IMG/VR virus record: IMGVR_UViG_3300046455_000489
Span: 5,909 to 69,908 of that record
Direction: 5' to 3' (one strand)
Source: a virus
Length of the DNA: 64,000 nt
This document shows, piece after piece, positions 55,206-63,280 of this stretch. A model generated the notes under the pieces. It ran no database searches. It was not told the DNA's origin and saw only the letters and a list, made by a program, of their open reading frames with translations. The position numbers and the translations under genes are program-made. Numbering within the stretch: the stretch's first letter is position 1; each line of letters starts with the position of its first letter.

Positions 55206-55529
55206 ATGCACCCCACCGATGCACAGCTGTGGGCCGCGGCCCTCGGCTACCTGCTGCCGCTCGCCATCGCGATCGTTGCGCAGCCCCGCTGGACCGGAGC
55301 GGTAAAGGGCCTCCTCATGCTCGCCGTCGCCGTCCTCGACGGTGTCGGCACCGCCTACTTCAACGGCGAGTTCAGCGGCAAGTCCATCGTCACCTGCATG
55401 CTCGTCGCAGCAGTCGCCATCGGCGCCGCATACCACCTGCTGTGGAGGCCGTCCGGGATCGCGCCTGGCATCGAGCGGGCCACCTCGACTGGCGGAACCG
55501 CGCCGGCGAGTACCCCTCAGGGCGTGTAG
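55206..55529 (+). CDS. Holin
   Basis: Three TM segments; lysis cassette. Confidence 0.75.
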   Translation: MHPTDAQLWAAALGYLLPLAIAIVAQPRWTGAVKGLLMLAVAVLDGVGTAYFNGEFSGKSIVTCMLVAAVAIGAAYHLLWRPSGIAPGIERATSTGGTAPASTPQGV

Positions 55530-55955
55530 GTGCCGCGCCGTATCGTCCGGCGGCTGGGCAGGCTGCTCGGCCGCCGCGGCGCGATCCTCCTCAGCTACGG
55601 GACGGTCTGGGCCTTGTACGGATACGGCCAGCTCATCTCCCCGCAGCCCGACCAACGCGGCCTCGAACCACTCCTACACACGGTGCCCCTCGAAGTGTGG
55701 GCCTGGCTGTGGGTGGCGACAGGCTTAGTCGCCATCGCCTCGGCATGGCTACCGCAGGGCCGCGACTGGGTCGGCTTCCTCGCACTCCCCGCCATCGTCC
55801 TTCCCTGGATGGGCTCCTACCTCATCTCATGGATCCTGGGCGACTTCCCCAGGGGGTGGATAGCGGCCCTGGTCTGGGGAGTGATCGCCGTGCCGGTGAG
55901 TGTGGTTGCCGGATGGCAGGAGCCTCCCCGGGTGAAGAGAGTGAGCTCGGTATGA
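55530..55955 (+). CDS. Four-TM membrane protein (lysis cassette)
   Basis: LGRRGAIL...four hydrophobic segments. Confidence 0.75.
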   Translation: MPRRIVRRLGRLLGRRGAILLSYGTVWALYGYGQLISPQPDQRGLEPLLHTVPLEVWAWLWVATGLVAIASAWLPQGRDWVGFLALPAIVLPWMGSYLISWILGDFPRGWIAALVWGVIAVPVSVVAGWQEPPRVKRVSSV

Positions 55956-56305
55956 CGGTGGACACCTGGGTACAGGCCGGGCTGGCACTGGTCGGCGCGG
56001 GCGGCGGGATCGTCGCCGCCCGGTCGGCGCGGAGAACGAAGCGCCAAGAGAGCCGGGACGACTTCCTGGCCGTCACCGAGCAGCAGGGCAAGGCGATCGA
56101 ACGCCTGGAGACCCGCGTTCAACGCCAGGAGAACGAAGCAGAGAAACAGCGACAGAGGATCGGCGACCAGGACGAAGCCATCAGCTGGCTGCTACATCGG
56201 GTCCGCTCGCTCGTGTCCCACATCAAGAAGGCCGGCATGGAACCGCCGCAGGCTGAGCCGATGTCCGAGCCGGCCGCCCGCTACATCCGCAACATCGACG
56301 CGTGA
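55952..56305 (+). CDS. TM plus coiled-coil protein (lysis cassette)
   Basis: N-terminal TM, coiled coil, G.EPP tail. Confidence 0.7.
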   Translation: MTVDTWVQAGLALVGAGGGIVAARSARRTKRQESRDDFLAVTEQQGKAIERLETRVQRQENEAEKQRQRIGDQDEAISWLLHRVRSLVSHIKKAGMEPPQAEPMSEPAARYIRNIDA

Positions 56306-56406
56306 GAACTGGAGTACGGCCGATGGACGAAGACCCGCCGCCGTTCTGGTTGTCGCCGCGCCCGTTCCTCGAACCCGACTGGCCGCCCGACGACGAAGAC
56401 TGACAA

Positions 56407-56446
56407 CGCCCCCGCCCTGCTGCCAACTGGCAGCGGGCGGGGGCGC
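56407..56446 (+). terminator. Late-operon terminator
   Basis: CGCCCCCGCCCTGCTGCCA-AC-TGGCAGCGGGCGGGGGCG. Confidence 0.7.
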
Positions 56447-56531
56447 CTCGTCGTCTGCTCGGCCGTCGTCCACGTGGCTGCTGGCAGACTGGACAACCTG
56501 CCCATTACCTGCCAAGCCCCGAGGAGGGGCA

Positions 56532-56684
56532 ATGCCCTCACTGGACATCACGAAACTCGCTCAAGCATTGCAGCGGCTCCTCGACGAACACTACGGCGGC
56601 AACCCGCTGGGAGATGACGTGGAGGATCTCGCAGCGGAACTGATGGGCTACTACGAGGAGGAGGGAGGAACTGTCGCCGAGTGA
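56532..56684 (+). CDS. Small acidic protein (50 aa)
   Basis: GAGGAGG RBS; MPSLDITKLAQAL. Confidence 0.5.
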   Translation: MPSLDITKLAQALQRLLDEHYGGNPLGDDVEDLAAELMGYYEEEGGTVAE

Positions 56685-56838
56685 CCCCAGGTGGGCGCCA
56701 CTTGGGCTGGCGTTCTCAGGAGTGCTAGCGCTCAACGTCGGGTGACTTCGAGCGCGCTCTAACCCTCGATAACCCACACATATCAAGGCTCTGTTGGCGT
56801 ATGCTAGTTCGACCCAAACGCCCACAAAGGAGCCACAG

Positions 56839-57882
56839 TTGGCAAGTGAACTCGTACCGGCAACAGAGGTAGAAATCGTCTCCGAAGGCTTAGCGCCAGA
56901 GGATCGCGACTACACAATCTCGGACGAGACTGCCGCAGACCTCAAGCGCGCCACGGCCGCCAACACGGATCGCGCCTATGCGCGTTGGTGGCGCATGGCT
57001 CTCCACTGGTGCGAGCAGGAGGAACGTACTCCTCTGCCCATGACCGCACAGACCGTTGCCGAGTTCATTGGCTACCTCAAGCGAGCCACGTCGCCGACGA
57101 CCGGGAAGCCGTACTCTCCCGCCAGCCTGGACCAGGCCCTCGCCGCGATCCGCACCGCGCACTTCCGCGCCGGCTTCGAAGGTCAACCGCAGTCCCGAGC
57201 AGCCCGCGACATCATCAAGGTCCACCGGCAAGACCGTGCACGGGAGGGGTGGCGCCCGCGTCGGGCCAAGCCCATCACCCTCGATGTCCTGCGCCTGCTG
57301 CTCGCCCAATGCGACAGAGACTCCCTGAGCGGGCGGCGTGACGCAGCCACGCTCATCCTGGGCTACGGACTCATGGGTCGCCGCTCCGAACTGGCCGCCG
57401 TCACCATCGACCAGGTGACCGTGACGGACGACTGGGTGACCGTCTTCATCCCGCTCTCGAAGACTGACACCAATGCCCAAGGTGAAGACGTCGACATCCC
57501 CCGAGGCGTGGCCCCAGACATCGACGCTGGGGCCATCGTGACCTCGTACCTCGATGGACTGGCGGAGCATGGATGCACCAGCGGCCATTTCCTCCGGCGC
57601 ATCGACAAGTGGGGAAACGTCGGCTCCAGCATGACGGCGGGCTCAGTGAACGACATCGTGAAGAAGCTCGCCAAGGATGCCAAGCTCACCGACGCCGAAC
57701 GGACAACGGCCCACGGCCTCCGGGCGGGAGCTCCAACCGACGCGGCCGAGCGCGGAGTGCCCGTCCCGTTCATCGCCGAGCACGGGCGCTGGAGCAAGAA
57801 CTCCACCCAGGTGCTCACCTACGTCCGCCCCGCAGACCGCCGCCGGAACAACCCGCTCCTGCCCCGCGACAATCGCTCTTGA
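56839..57882 (+). CDS. Cre-like tyrosine recombinase (resolvase)
   Basis: NTDRAY, GRRSE, SKTD, HGLR, GRW, LTY; no arm-binding domain; AAGGAG RBS. Confidence 0.88.
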   Translation: MASELVPATEVEIVSEGLAPEDRDYTISDETAADLKRATAANTDRAYARWWRMALHWCEQEERTPLPMTAQTVAEFIGYLKRATSPTTGKPYSPASLDQALAAIRTAHFRAGFEGQPQSRAARDIIKVHRQDRAREGWRPRRAKPITLDVLRLLLAQCDRDSLSGRRDAATLILGYGLMGRRSELAAVTIDQVTVTDDWVTVFIPLSKTDTNAQGEDVDIPRGVAPDIDAGAIVTSYLDGLAEHGCTSGHFLRRIDKWGNVGSSMTAGSVNDIVKKLAKDAKLTDAERTTAHGLRAGAPTDAAERGVPVPFIAEHGRWSKNSTQVLTYVRPADRRRNNPLLPRDNRS

Positions 57883-57887
57883 ACGCG

Positions 57888-57923
57888 CGAACGCCCCCGT
57901 AGCCGTCTTGGCTGCGGGGGCGT
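57888..57923 (+). terminator. Hairpin terminator
   Basis: ACGCCCCCGTAGCC...GGCTGCGGGGGCGT. Confidence 0.7.
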
Positions 57924-58287
57924 CGCGCTGTCCGGTTCATCCCCAGGCGGTGTCGCTCATAGCCCCTCCAAGTTTGAGTGCGGCCTGCCAGCGGGGTAGT
58001 CCCCACGCCCCGAAGGGTCGCTGCGAACGAGGCAGGCCGCCTGGCCACGGTAGGCGCATCCTGCCCTGCCTGTCAGCCCCTCGCGACGAGCGGATATTTC
58101 CAGTCACGGATCTATCCCCGTGGCTTGTTCTGGTGCATCGTTGATCACGCGGGATCGTCTAGCCCCCCGGCGAAGCTCCCGCTCGGGCCCCGCCTGCGCT
58201 GCCTCGCGGCGGGGCCCGCCGCTCCTCCCGTCCCTCCCCACGGGAGGTCATGCGGCTGCCTGCGGCCGGCCGTGGCAGGCTGACCCC

Positions 58288-58482
58288 GTGGACGACCGCT
58301 ATCACCTCTGCCTGACCCTCGACGGCCAGCCCGCGATGCAGGGCTGGTGGCCGCGGGAGTCGACGGCCCGCCGCCAGTTCTCGGCGTGGGTCGGCGAGCG
58401 CGGCAGCATGCCCGGCGTCCGCATCGTCCTCGTCGACGAGGAGACAGGCGAGACGTTGACGACCTGGCCCGACGAGTCGTAG
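58288..58482 (+). CDS. Small hypothetical protein
   Basis: RYHLCLTLDGQPAMQGWW...LTTWP. Confidence 0.65.
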   Translation: MDDRYHLCLTLDGQPAMQGWWPRESTARRQFSAWVGERGSMPGVRIVLVDEETGETLTTWPDES

Positions 58483-58516
58483 GCGTCTGCCATCCTGGAC
58501 CGGACTAGGAGGGGTC

Positions 58517-58741
58517 ATGGCTGCCGCCAAGCTCACAGCGTCTGACGCCGTCATGCGCGTCGTCGCCGTCGGCCTCGCGCTCACGGGGATCACGATGTTC
58601 GTCTGCGGGATCGCGATGTTCTGGGGCCCGCTCCGACAGGTACTGGCCGCGCCGGTCGTCATGGCGCTGGGCGTAGCGGTGTACGTCGGAGGCCGTGCCG
58701 GGTGGTGGATCGTCGAGGAGGACAGGCGAACCCGCCCGTGA
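58517..58741 (+). CDS. Small two-TM protein
   Basis: AGGAGG RBS. Confidence 0.65.
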   Translation: MAAAKLTASDAVMRVVAVGLALTGITMFVCGIAMFWGPLRQVLAAPVVMALGVAVYVGGRAGWWIVEEDRRTRP

Positions 58742-58751
58742 CCTCACCTCG

Positions 58752-58774
58752 TTGTCAGTGGCCGCCGTTAAGCT
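58752..58774 (+). promoter_or_regulatory. RecA-NDp/PafBC-type DNA-damage promoter
   Basis: TTGTCAGTG-N8-TAAGCT matches tTGTCRgtg-N8-TAnnnT exactly. Confidence 0.75.
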
Positions 58775-58780
58775 GATCCC

Positions 58781-58865
58781 GTCAAGCATTCAACGACTAG
58801 CTAGTCGGGGATGCTGCTGAAGCCCCGCCCCTGGCGTGATGCACCGGGAGCGGGGCTCGCTGCTG
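58781..58865 (+). ncRNA. Candidate damage-inducible small RNA
   Basis: Two hairpins downstream of the promoter; only a 9-codon ORF. Confidence 0.4.
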
Positions 58866-58866
58866 T

Positions 58867-59073
58867 CTAGGCCGCCTCGGCCGCCGGGTGCCGGACGGCC
58901 CGCTTGAGCCCCATCTCGACGTCGTACCGCCCGACCCCGGCCTGCTTGGCGAAGGCGGCGACCGCCTCGTGCACGGCCCGCGCCGTGTCCAGGGTCAGTG
59001 CTCCGGCCTGAATCTCAGCCCAGGCGGAACGTTCCAGCTCGATCAGATCGTCGGGGAATTCGATGTCAGCCAC
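58867..59073 (-). CDS. Small hypothetical protein, probably leaderless
   Basis: TAGGAT 6 nt before GTG; FPDDLIELER.AW. Confidence 0.7.
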   Translation of the reverse strand: MADIEFPDDLIELERSAWAEIQAGALTLDTARAVHEAVAAFAKQAGVGRYDVEMGLKRAVRHPAAEAA

Positions 59074-59082
59074 CGCAGGATC

Positions 59083-59307
59083 CTACGACGTGGCGCCCTG
59101 CTGGCTTGCCTTGAGGATGGCGACGGCCGAGTCGACTCCGCCAACTTCCTGGATCAGCTCGCCGAGGTCAACGGGTACGACGGCGGCTTCGCGGGTGCCC
59201 CTGCTGGTGAGGAAGTAGACGCGCCGGAGTAGCTGCACGGCGTTGTGCAGCTTGCTGATGTTGGCGCGGGCTACCGCGATCGGCTGATCCTCAACAGTCG
59301 GGTCCAT
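59083..59307 (-). CDS. Orphan Phd/YefM-like DNA-binding protein, probably leaderless
   Basis: PIAVARANISKLHNAV...FLTSRGTREAAVVPV; TAATCT 7 nt before ATG. Confidence 0.7.
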   Translation of the reverse strand: MDPTVEDQPIAVARANISKLHNAVQLLRRVYFLTSRGTREAAVVPVDLGELIQEVGGVDSAVAILKASQQGATS

Positions 59308-59330
59308 GGAGACGAGATTACCATCGCGGC

Positions 59331-59359
59331 TTGATGTACATAACGGCGCGATGTACATT
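59331..59359 (+). promoter_or_regulatory. Sigma70-type promoter overlapped by two ATGTACAT palindromes
   Basis: TTGATG-N17-TACATT; ATGTACAT at 59334 and 59351. Confidence 0.7.
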
Positions 59360-59386
59360 GGAAACATGTCAGAGCAAGGAGCACCG

Positions 59387-59881
59387 ATGAACCACCCGCA
59401 CCACCTGACCGTCACCGAGATCGACGGCGAGCGCACCATCGACTGGACCCACCCCGCCGACTGTCCGGACGGCGAACGCTGCGACATCGCCCGCCGCACC
59501 CACCGCATGCACAGCGAGGAGCTGAGCGAACTCGCCGACGGCCGCAAGCCTGGCCGCTACCTCCTCGGCCGCTTCGGCTTCCACGGCCTGGTCCTCGTCG
59601 ACGAGAACGGCGTCGTCCTCCCCGACGTGGTGGAGGCCCTGAGCCCAGCAGCGCAGGCCGCCCGCGAGATCGCCGTGCAGATGATCCGGGATCTCGCGGA
59701 GGGCATCTGCGAGGACACCGAACGCCTCCAGGAACTCGGCGAGATCATCCGGCGCGCGGAAGTCCTCGACCACTGGGAGGGCGCGGCCAACGACGCCATC
59801 ACCGCAGTCATCGACGAGAACCTCGGCTCCATGCGCGGCTACACCGGCCCCATCGACCGGCTCCTCGGAGACGCGGCGTGA
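59387..59881 (+). CDS. Hypothetical protein
   Basis: AAGGAG RBS. Confidence 0.7.
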   Translation: MNHPHHLTVTEIDGERTIDWTHPADCPDGERCDIARRTHRMHSEELSELADGRKPGRYLLGRFGFHGLVLVDENGVVLPDVVEALSPAAQAAREIAVQMIRDLAEGICEDTERLQELGEIIRRAEVLDHWEGAANDAITAVIDENLGSMRGYTGPIDRLLGDAA

Positions 59882-60249
59882 GCGTCAACCTGGAATTGGC
59901 CGCCGCAGCCCGGACGCTACGCGACATCGCGCCCGAACTGCGGGGGCCACTGGCCGGTTTGGCGGACCCATTCGCCGAACTGCTTGAAGAGCGTGCCGCC
60001 GTCGCTGCTGGCAACCCGCACGCGTTTGGGGTCGTCATCGACCAGGTTGCGCTCACCGCCGCCCGCCGAATCAACAACAACGGAGGGCCCGCAACGGCCA
60101 ACCCGAACAGTTGCGGACTGTGCGGCATTGATCAACGCGGCCATGGGAGCCAGTGGCGGTGGCCCGTCGGCTGGCACTCATGGACCTCGCCCACCCAGCA
60201 GCAGACCAGAGACCGCATGCTCGCCCGTCGAGCCGAAAGGAAGCCATGA
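59878..60249 (+). CDS. Hypothetical protein (C..CGI...H..W..GWH.W..P)
   Basis: Coupled ORF. Confidence 0.7.
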   Translation: MSVNLELAAAARTLRDIAPELRGPLAGLADPFAELLEERAAVAAGNPHAFGVVIDQVALTAARRINNNGGPATANPNSCGLCGIDQRGHGSQWRWPVGWHSWTSPTQQQTRDRMLARRAERKP

Positions 60250-60413
60250 CTCACGAAGCCCCTGACCCGGAGCCGGAGTACGGCGACGATGAACCCGGAT
60301 GCCGGGCAGGCCAGTACTCCTCCGTCCCTGACAGCTACAACGGCCGTGCTCTGTGCGGCTGCCTCGACTGCATCGAGTACGTCGCCGACAGGGAAAGCGA
60401 GGACCAGGCATGA
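60246..60413 (+). CDS. Small Cys-containing protein
   Basis: Coupled; CGCLDC. Confidence 0.55.
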   Translation: MTHEAPDPEPEYGDDEPGCRAGQYSSVPDSYNGRALCGCLDCIEYVADRESEDQA

Positions 60414-60697
60414 ACAGCCAGCCTGACCTCGAAGCCTTGTACGTCGCACCGTCCGCCGACATCGGGCCTACTAGTCCGCGTGACGAACTGCTTGCCGCCG
60501 CCCGGGTCTTGCAGAAGCGCGACGGATGGCTCTCCAGCGAACTGTGCACGTTGCTCGTCGACGTCGCGACCATGCACGGCCCCGACGAGGAGGGATACTG
60601 CTTCCGTGACCAAGACCGGTGGCCATGCTCCGACGTCCAAGCGGCGCAGAAGGTCGCCTTCGCCGTCGGCTACCAGATCCCAGGGGGCGCGCCGTGA
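60410..60697 (+). CDS. Hypothetical protein
   Basis: Coupled; H...C...WPC. Confidence 0.65.
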   Translation: MNSQPDLEALYVAPSADIGPTSPRDELLAAARVLQKRDGWLSSELCTLLVDVATMHGPDEEGYCFRDQDRWPCSDVQAAQKVAFAVGYQIPGGAP

Positions 60698-60945
60698 CGA
60701 ACAAGTGCGAGGACGAGGTGACGTGCACGGACTACGACCCGTGTCCCACCTGCCTGGCTGAAGCCCGAGCCGCCGGACTGTTCCCGGTTGCCGAGCTGGC
60801 TGAACAAGCGGCAACCCAAGGATCCTCCGGACCGCCATGCGGCAACAATCCGAACTACCGCCTCAGCCCCGGAGACCGGGAAGCCGTCGACGAGTTCAAG
60901 GCGTACCTGCAACGTCGTCGGGCTGGCGGACCACCGGAACGGTAA
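60694..60945 (+). CDS. Hypothetical protein
   Basis: Coupled; PCGNNP..LSPGDREAV.EF. Confidence 0.6.
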   Translation: MTNKCEDEVTCTDYDPCPTCLAEARAAGLFPVAELAEQAATQGSSGPPCGNNPNYRLSPGDREAVDEFKAYLQRRRAGGPPER

Positions 60946-60967
60946 CCAGTAGCAGCCTGCGCACGAA

Positions 60968-61002
60968 CGACGCCCCGCCTGGAGAAAGCAGGCGGGGCGT
61001 CG
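60968..61002. terminator. Bidirectional hairpin terminator
   Basis: CGACGCCCCGCCTG...CAGGCGGGGCGTCG. Confidence 0.7.
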
Positions 61003-61018
61003 CCGTGCCAGCCTAGCG

Positions 61019-61213
61019 TCACGCCGCTTTCACGATGTCCTCGCGCAGCCGTTCCGCCGCGACCGCGACCGTCCACTCGGCGACGAGCACCTCGTACCGG
61101 TCCCTCGACGGCCCGTACAGCCAGCCGCCCGCGCGCACGACCAGGGCGCGGATCTCCTCGTTCACCACGGCAGCAGGCCGCACGGGGCCCGGGGGCGGGG
61201 GAGTGGGAGGCAT
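61019..61213 (-). CDS. Small hypothetical protein, leaderless from PafBC-type promoter
   Basis: CTGTCCGAC-N8-TAGGCT-N7-ATG; VNEEIRALV...YEVLVAEW. Confidence 0.65.
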   Translation of the reverse strand: MPPTPPPPGPVRPAAVVNEEIRALVVRAGGWLYGPSRDRYEVLVAEWTVAVAAERLREDIVKAA

Positions 61214-61246
61214 GGATCAAAGCCTAGCCCTCCGGTCGGACAGTGG

Positions 61247-61510
61247 TCAGCCCTCGATCGGAGGCGGCTCGCTGATGTAGGTGCCCTTACTGGGCAGCGT
61301 CACGGCCAGCCCCCGGTCCCGCAGCTCCTCGACGACCCGTCGCGCGGTCCCGCGGGCGATGCCGTACTGCTCCGCCAGATCCTGCTCGCCGGCCAGGCGG
61401 GCGCCGACAGGTAGGCGGCCGGAGCGGATGTCTCGCTCGATCGCGTCGGCGACCTGCACGTACACGTACACCGGCAGGTTCGGATCGACGACAGGTTCTT
61501 GATCACCCAT
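61247..61510 (-). CDS. GntR-family HTH regulator (stand-alone)
   Basis: YVQVADAIERDIRSG.LP.GARL.GE.DLA..YGIARGT.RR. Confidence 0.88.
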   Translation of the reverse strand: MGDQEPVVDPNLPVYVYVQVADAIERDIRSGRLPVGARLAGEQDLAEQYGIARGTARRVVEELRDRGLAVTLPSKGTYISEPPPIEG

Positions 61511-61672
61511 GCCTCAATCCTGGGGCGGCCTGATCCCCCATACGCAGGCAGAGAGCCCCGTGGTGCTCCATGCGGCGGTATAGAGCGGTATGGAGCGGTA
61601 GCCTGCAATTGCAAGAGCCTCCGAGACCGCGGCCCAGCAGTCCCGGAGGCAGCCGACGAACGGAGCGTCGAC

Positions 61673-62005
61673 ATGAAGCAGCCTACGGACCAGCCAGCCA
61701 CAGACCAGACCCTCGCCAGCCTCATCGACGAGGCGATCGGCGCCCGGCAGATGCTGCCGCGGCGGGAGCGCTGCGAGGAACTCGACCGGGCTTTACGGGA
61801 TCGCGTCGCCCAGCTGCTGCCCTCGGTTGAGGAGCGGGCCGGCGCGGCCGTGGAGCGGACCCGGGAGTGGTACCGGCTGCGGGCCATCGTCGACGACTCC
61901 CGCGAGATCCTGAATGCCGGTCTCGGCCACGGTCTGCTGTCCGCGGCGATACAGGTCGGCCGGCTCGCCGAGCAGTGCCAGGCGCTGGCGGCGGAGGCTT
62001 CCTGA
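61673..62005 (+). CDS. DUF6415-like helical protein
   Basis: GGAG RBS; LRDRVAQLLP.V...GLG.GL.SA...LA..C.AL. Confidence 0.65.
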   Translation: MKQPTDQPATDQTLASLIDEAIGARQMLPRRERCEELDRALRDRVAQLLPSVEERAGAAVERTREWYRLRAIVDDSREILNAGLGHGLLSAAIQVGRLAEQCQALAAEAS

Positions 62006-62226
62006 CTCCCGGGTCAGGTTGCTGTGGAGGTTCTGTGCGCCGCCTATGGGTGTGGGTGTCATGGACTGCCGGGGTATGTGCAGGCCACGGCTTCCACCGA
62101 AGGTGAATGCCAGGTTGCGAATGTGTGGGCAGCGTGAAGAGATGTGCTGTGCATGCTCTTCCGTAACCGATTACGGTGCGCTTGAATCTTGTTCAGCTTG
62201 TGGCACGAAACAGCGGTTGAGGCAGG

Positions 62227-62466
62227 TCAGCCGTGGAGGAGGTCGGCGATGCGCACACCTAAGACGCGGGCGATCCGCAGCAGCGTGTTGAGGGACGGGT
62301 TAGCGACACCGCTCTCGATCTGCTGGTAGTAGGCCCGGTTGAGCGGAATCGCTAGGAACACCTTCTCCTGGGTGAGGTTGGCGTCCATGCGGGCGTTGCG
62401 GATGGACCTGCCGATGCGTTGCCGTTCCTCGCGGAGGGCGTCGTCGTCTGGCGGGTCGGATGTCAC
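62227..62466 (-). CDS. XRE-family HTH regulator
   Basis: IGRSIRNARMDANLTQE...YQQIESGVANPSLNTLLRIA. Confidence 0.85.
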   Translation of the reverse strand: MTSDPPDDDALREERQRIGRSIRNARMDANLTQEKVFLAIPLNRAYYQQIESGVANPSLNTLLRIARVLGVRIADLLHG

Positions 62467-62588
62467 TCGACAAACGCTCAACCCAAGACGATCATGAGTC
62501 AGCCTGGCGGCAGCAGGCTTTCTGTGATCTTGATCGCCCAGCCCTGCGCTATGGCAGATGACGCAGGGCTACAGGTAGTGTCCCTAAA

Positions 62589-62604
62589 TCGAATACATGT
62601 TCGC
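62589..62604. promoter_or_regulatory. Imperfect actinobacterial LexA (SOS) box
   Basis: TCGAATACATGTTCGC vs TCGAAC-N4-GTTCGA, just downstream of a TAGTGT -10. Confidence 0.55.
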
Positions 62605-62706
62605 CCGATCGGGTGAACACCCCCTCCCACCTGCATTCGGTTGAACAGGTCGGGCAGTAGCGAACCACCCCCCACCTCAACATCCGCACCGCCAACGGGA
62701 GCCGGC

Positions 62707-62946
62707 ATGGAACGACAGCAGATCCTCGACCTCTACGAATGGGCGCCCGGGAGCTGCTTCCGACATCCCTCCAAAGGCGAGGTGGCGACGGCCCACGTGA
62801 AGACCGTGCACCCGCGCTCCAACCACGACGAGGAACTGCGGGCCTGCAAGGAGTGCATCCTCCAGATGGAGCAGGAGCGCTGGGCGGCGGCAAGCAGCGA
62901 GGGCGTCGAGTACACGCCGGGCCGGGTCGGTGAACCCCTGCCTTAG
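62707..62946 (+). CDS. Small Zn-binding hypothetical protein
   Basis: GGGAG RBS; LYEWAPGSCFRHP...ACKEC. Confidence 0.7.
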   Translation: MERQQILDLYEWAPGSCFRHPSKGEVATAHVKTVHPRSNHDEELRACKECILQMEQERWAAASSEGVEYTPGRVGEPLP

Positions 62947-62981
62947 CTGCACTCCAGAGGCCTGATCAGCCCCTCATTCGT

Positions 62982-63280
62982 GGGGAGAATCTGGGGAGTG
63001 AGGGCGTCCGGGGAGCGCCCGGGGGGCGTCAGTTCTTAAACTGAAAGGCACCCCCGGGCACTCGCGGGAACTCAAAGGAACTCCAGGTCAGAGGAGTCCC
63101 AGAGCCGAAAGCCCAGGCCGCGAGGCGACCGGGCGACAGAACCCGGCGTACAGCCCGACTCGTCTGCCGCTTAACCCACTGACCAGCAACAACCCGTCAC
63201 TTCTCATGATCCAAAGGGGTCCCGGGGAGAATCTGGGGAGAATCAGCAGCGGGAGAGATCGCGGGGAGTTCCTGGGGGGA
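62982..63280. other. attP with arm-type repeats
   Basis: GGGGAGAATCTGGGGAG at 62982-98 and 63224-40 flank the core; immediately downstream of int. Confidence 0.75.
63111..63166 (+). ncRNA. rnpB: 3' fragment of RNase P RNA (rnpB) forming the attP core; not a complete gene
   Basis: GACAGAACCCGGCGTACAGCCCGACTCGTCTG matches CR-V, the P4 3' strand and the P1 3' strand of bacterial type A RNase P RNA; preceded by a P19-like GCC-GCGA-GGC hairpin. Confidence 0.8.

Noticed and set aside
63111-63166. Complete phage-encoded RNase P RNA or tRNA gene
   Set aside because: Only ~55 nt of the 3' end is present; no 5' GAGGAA.GTCC CR-I context of a full gene and no cloverleaf seen.
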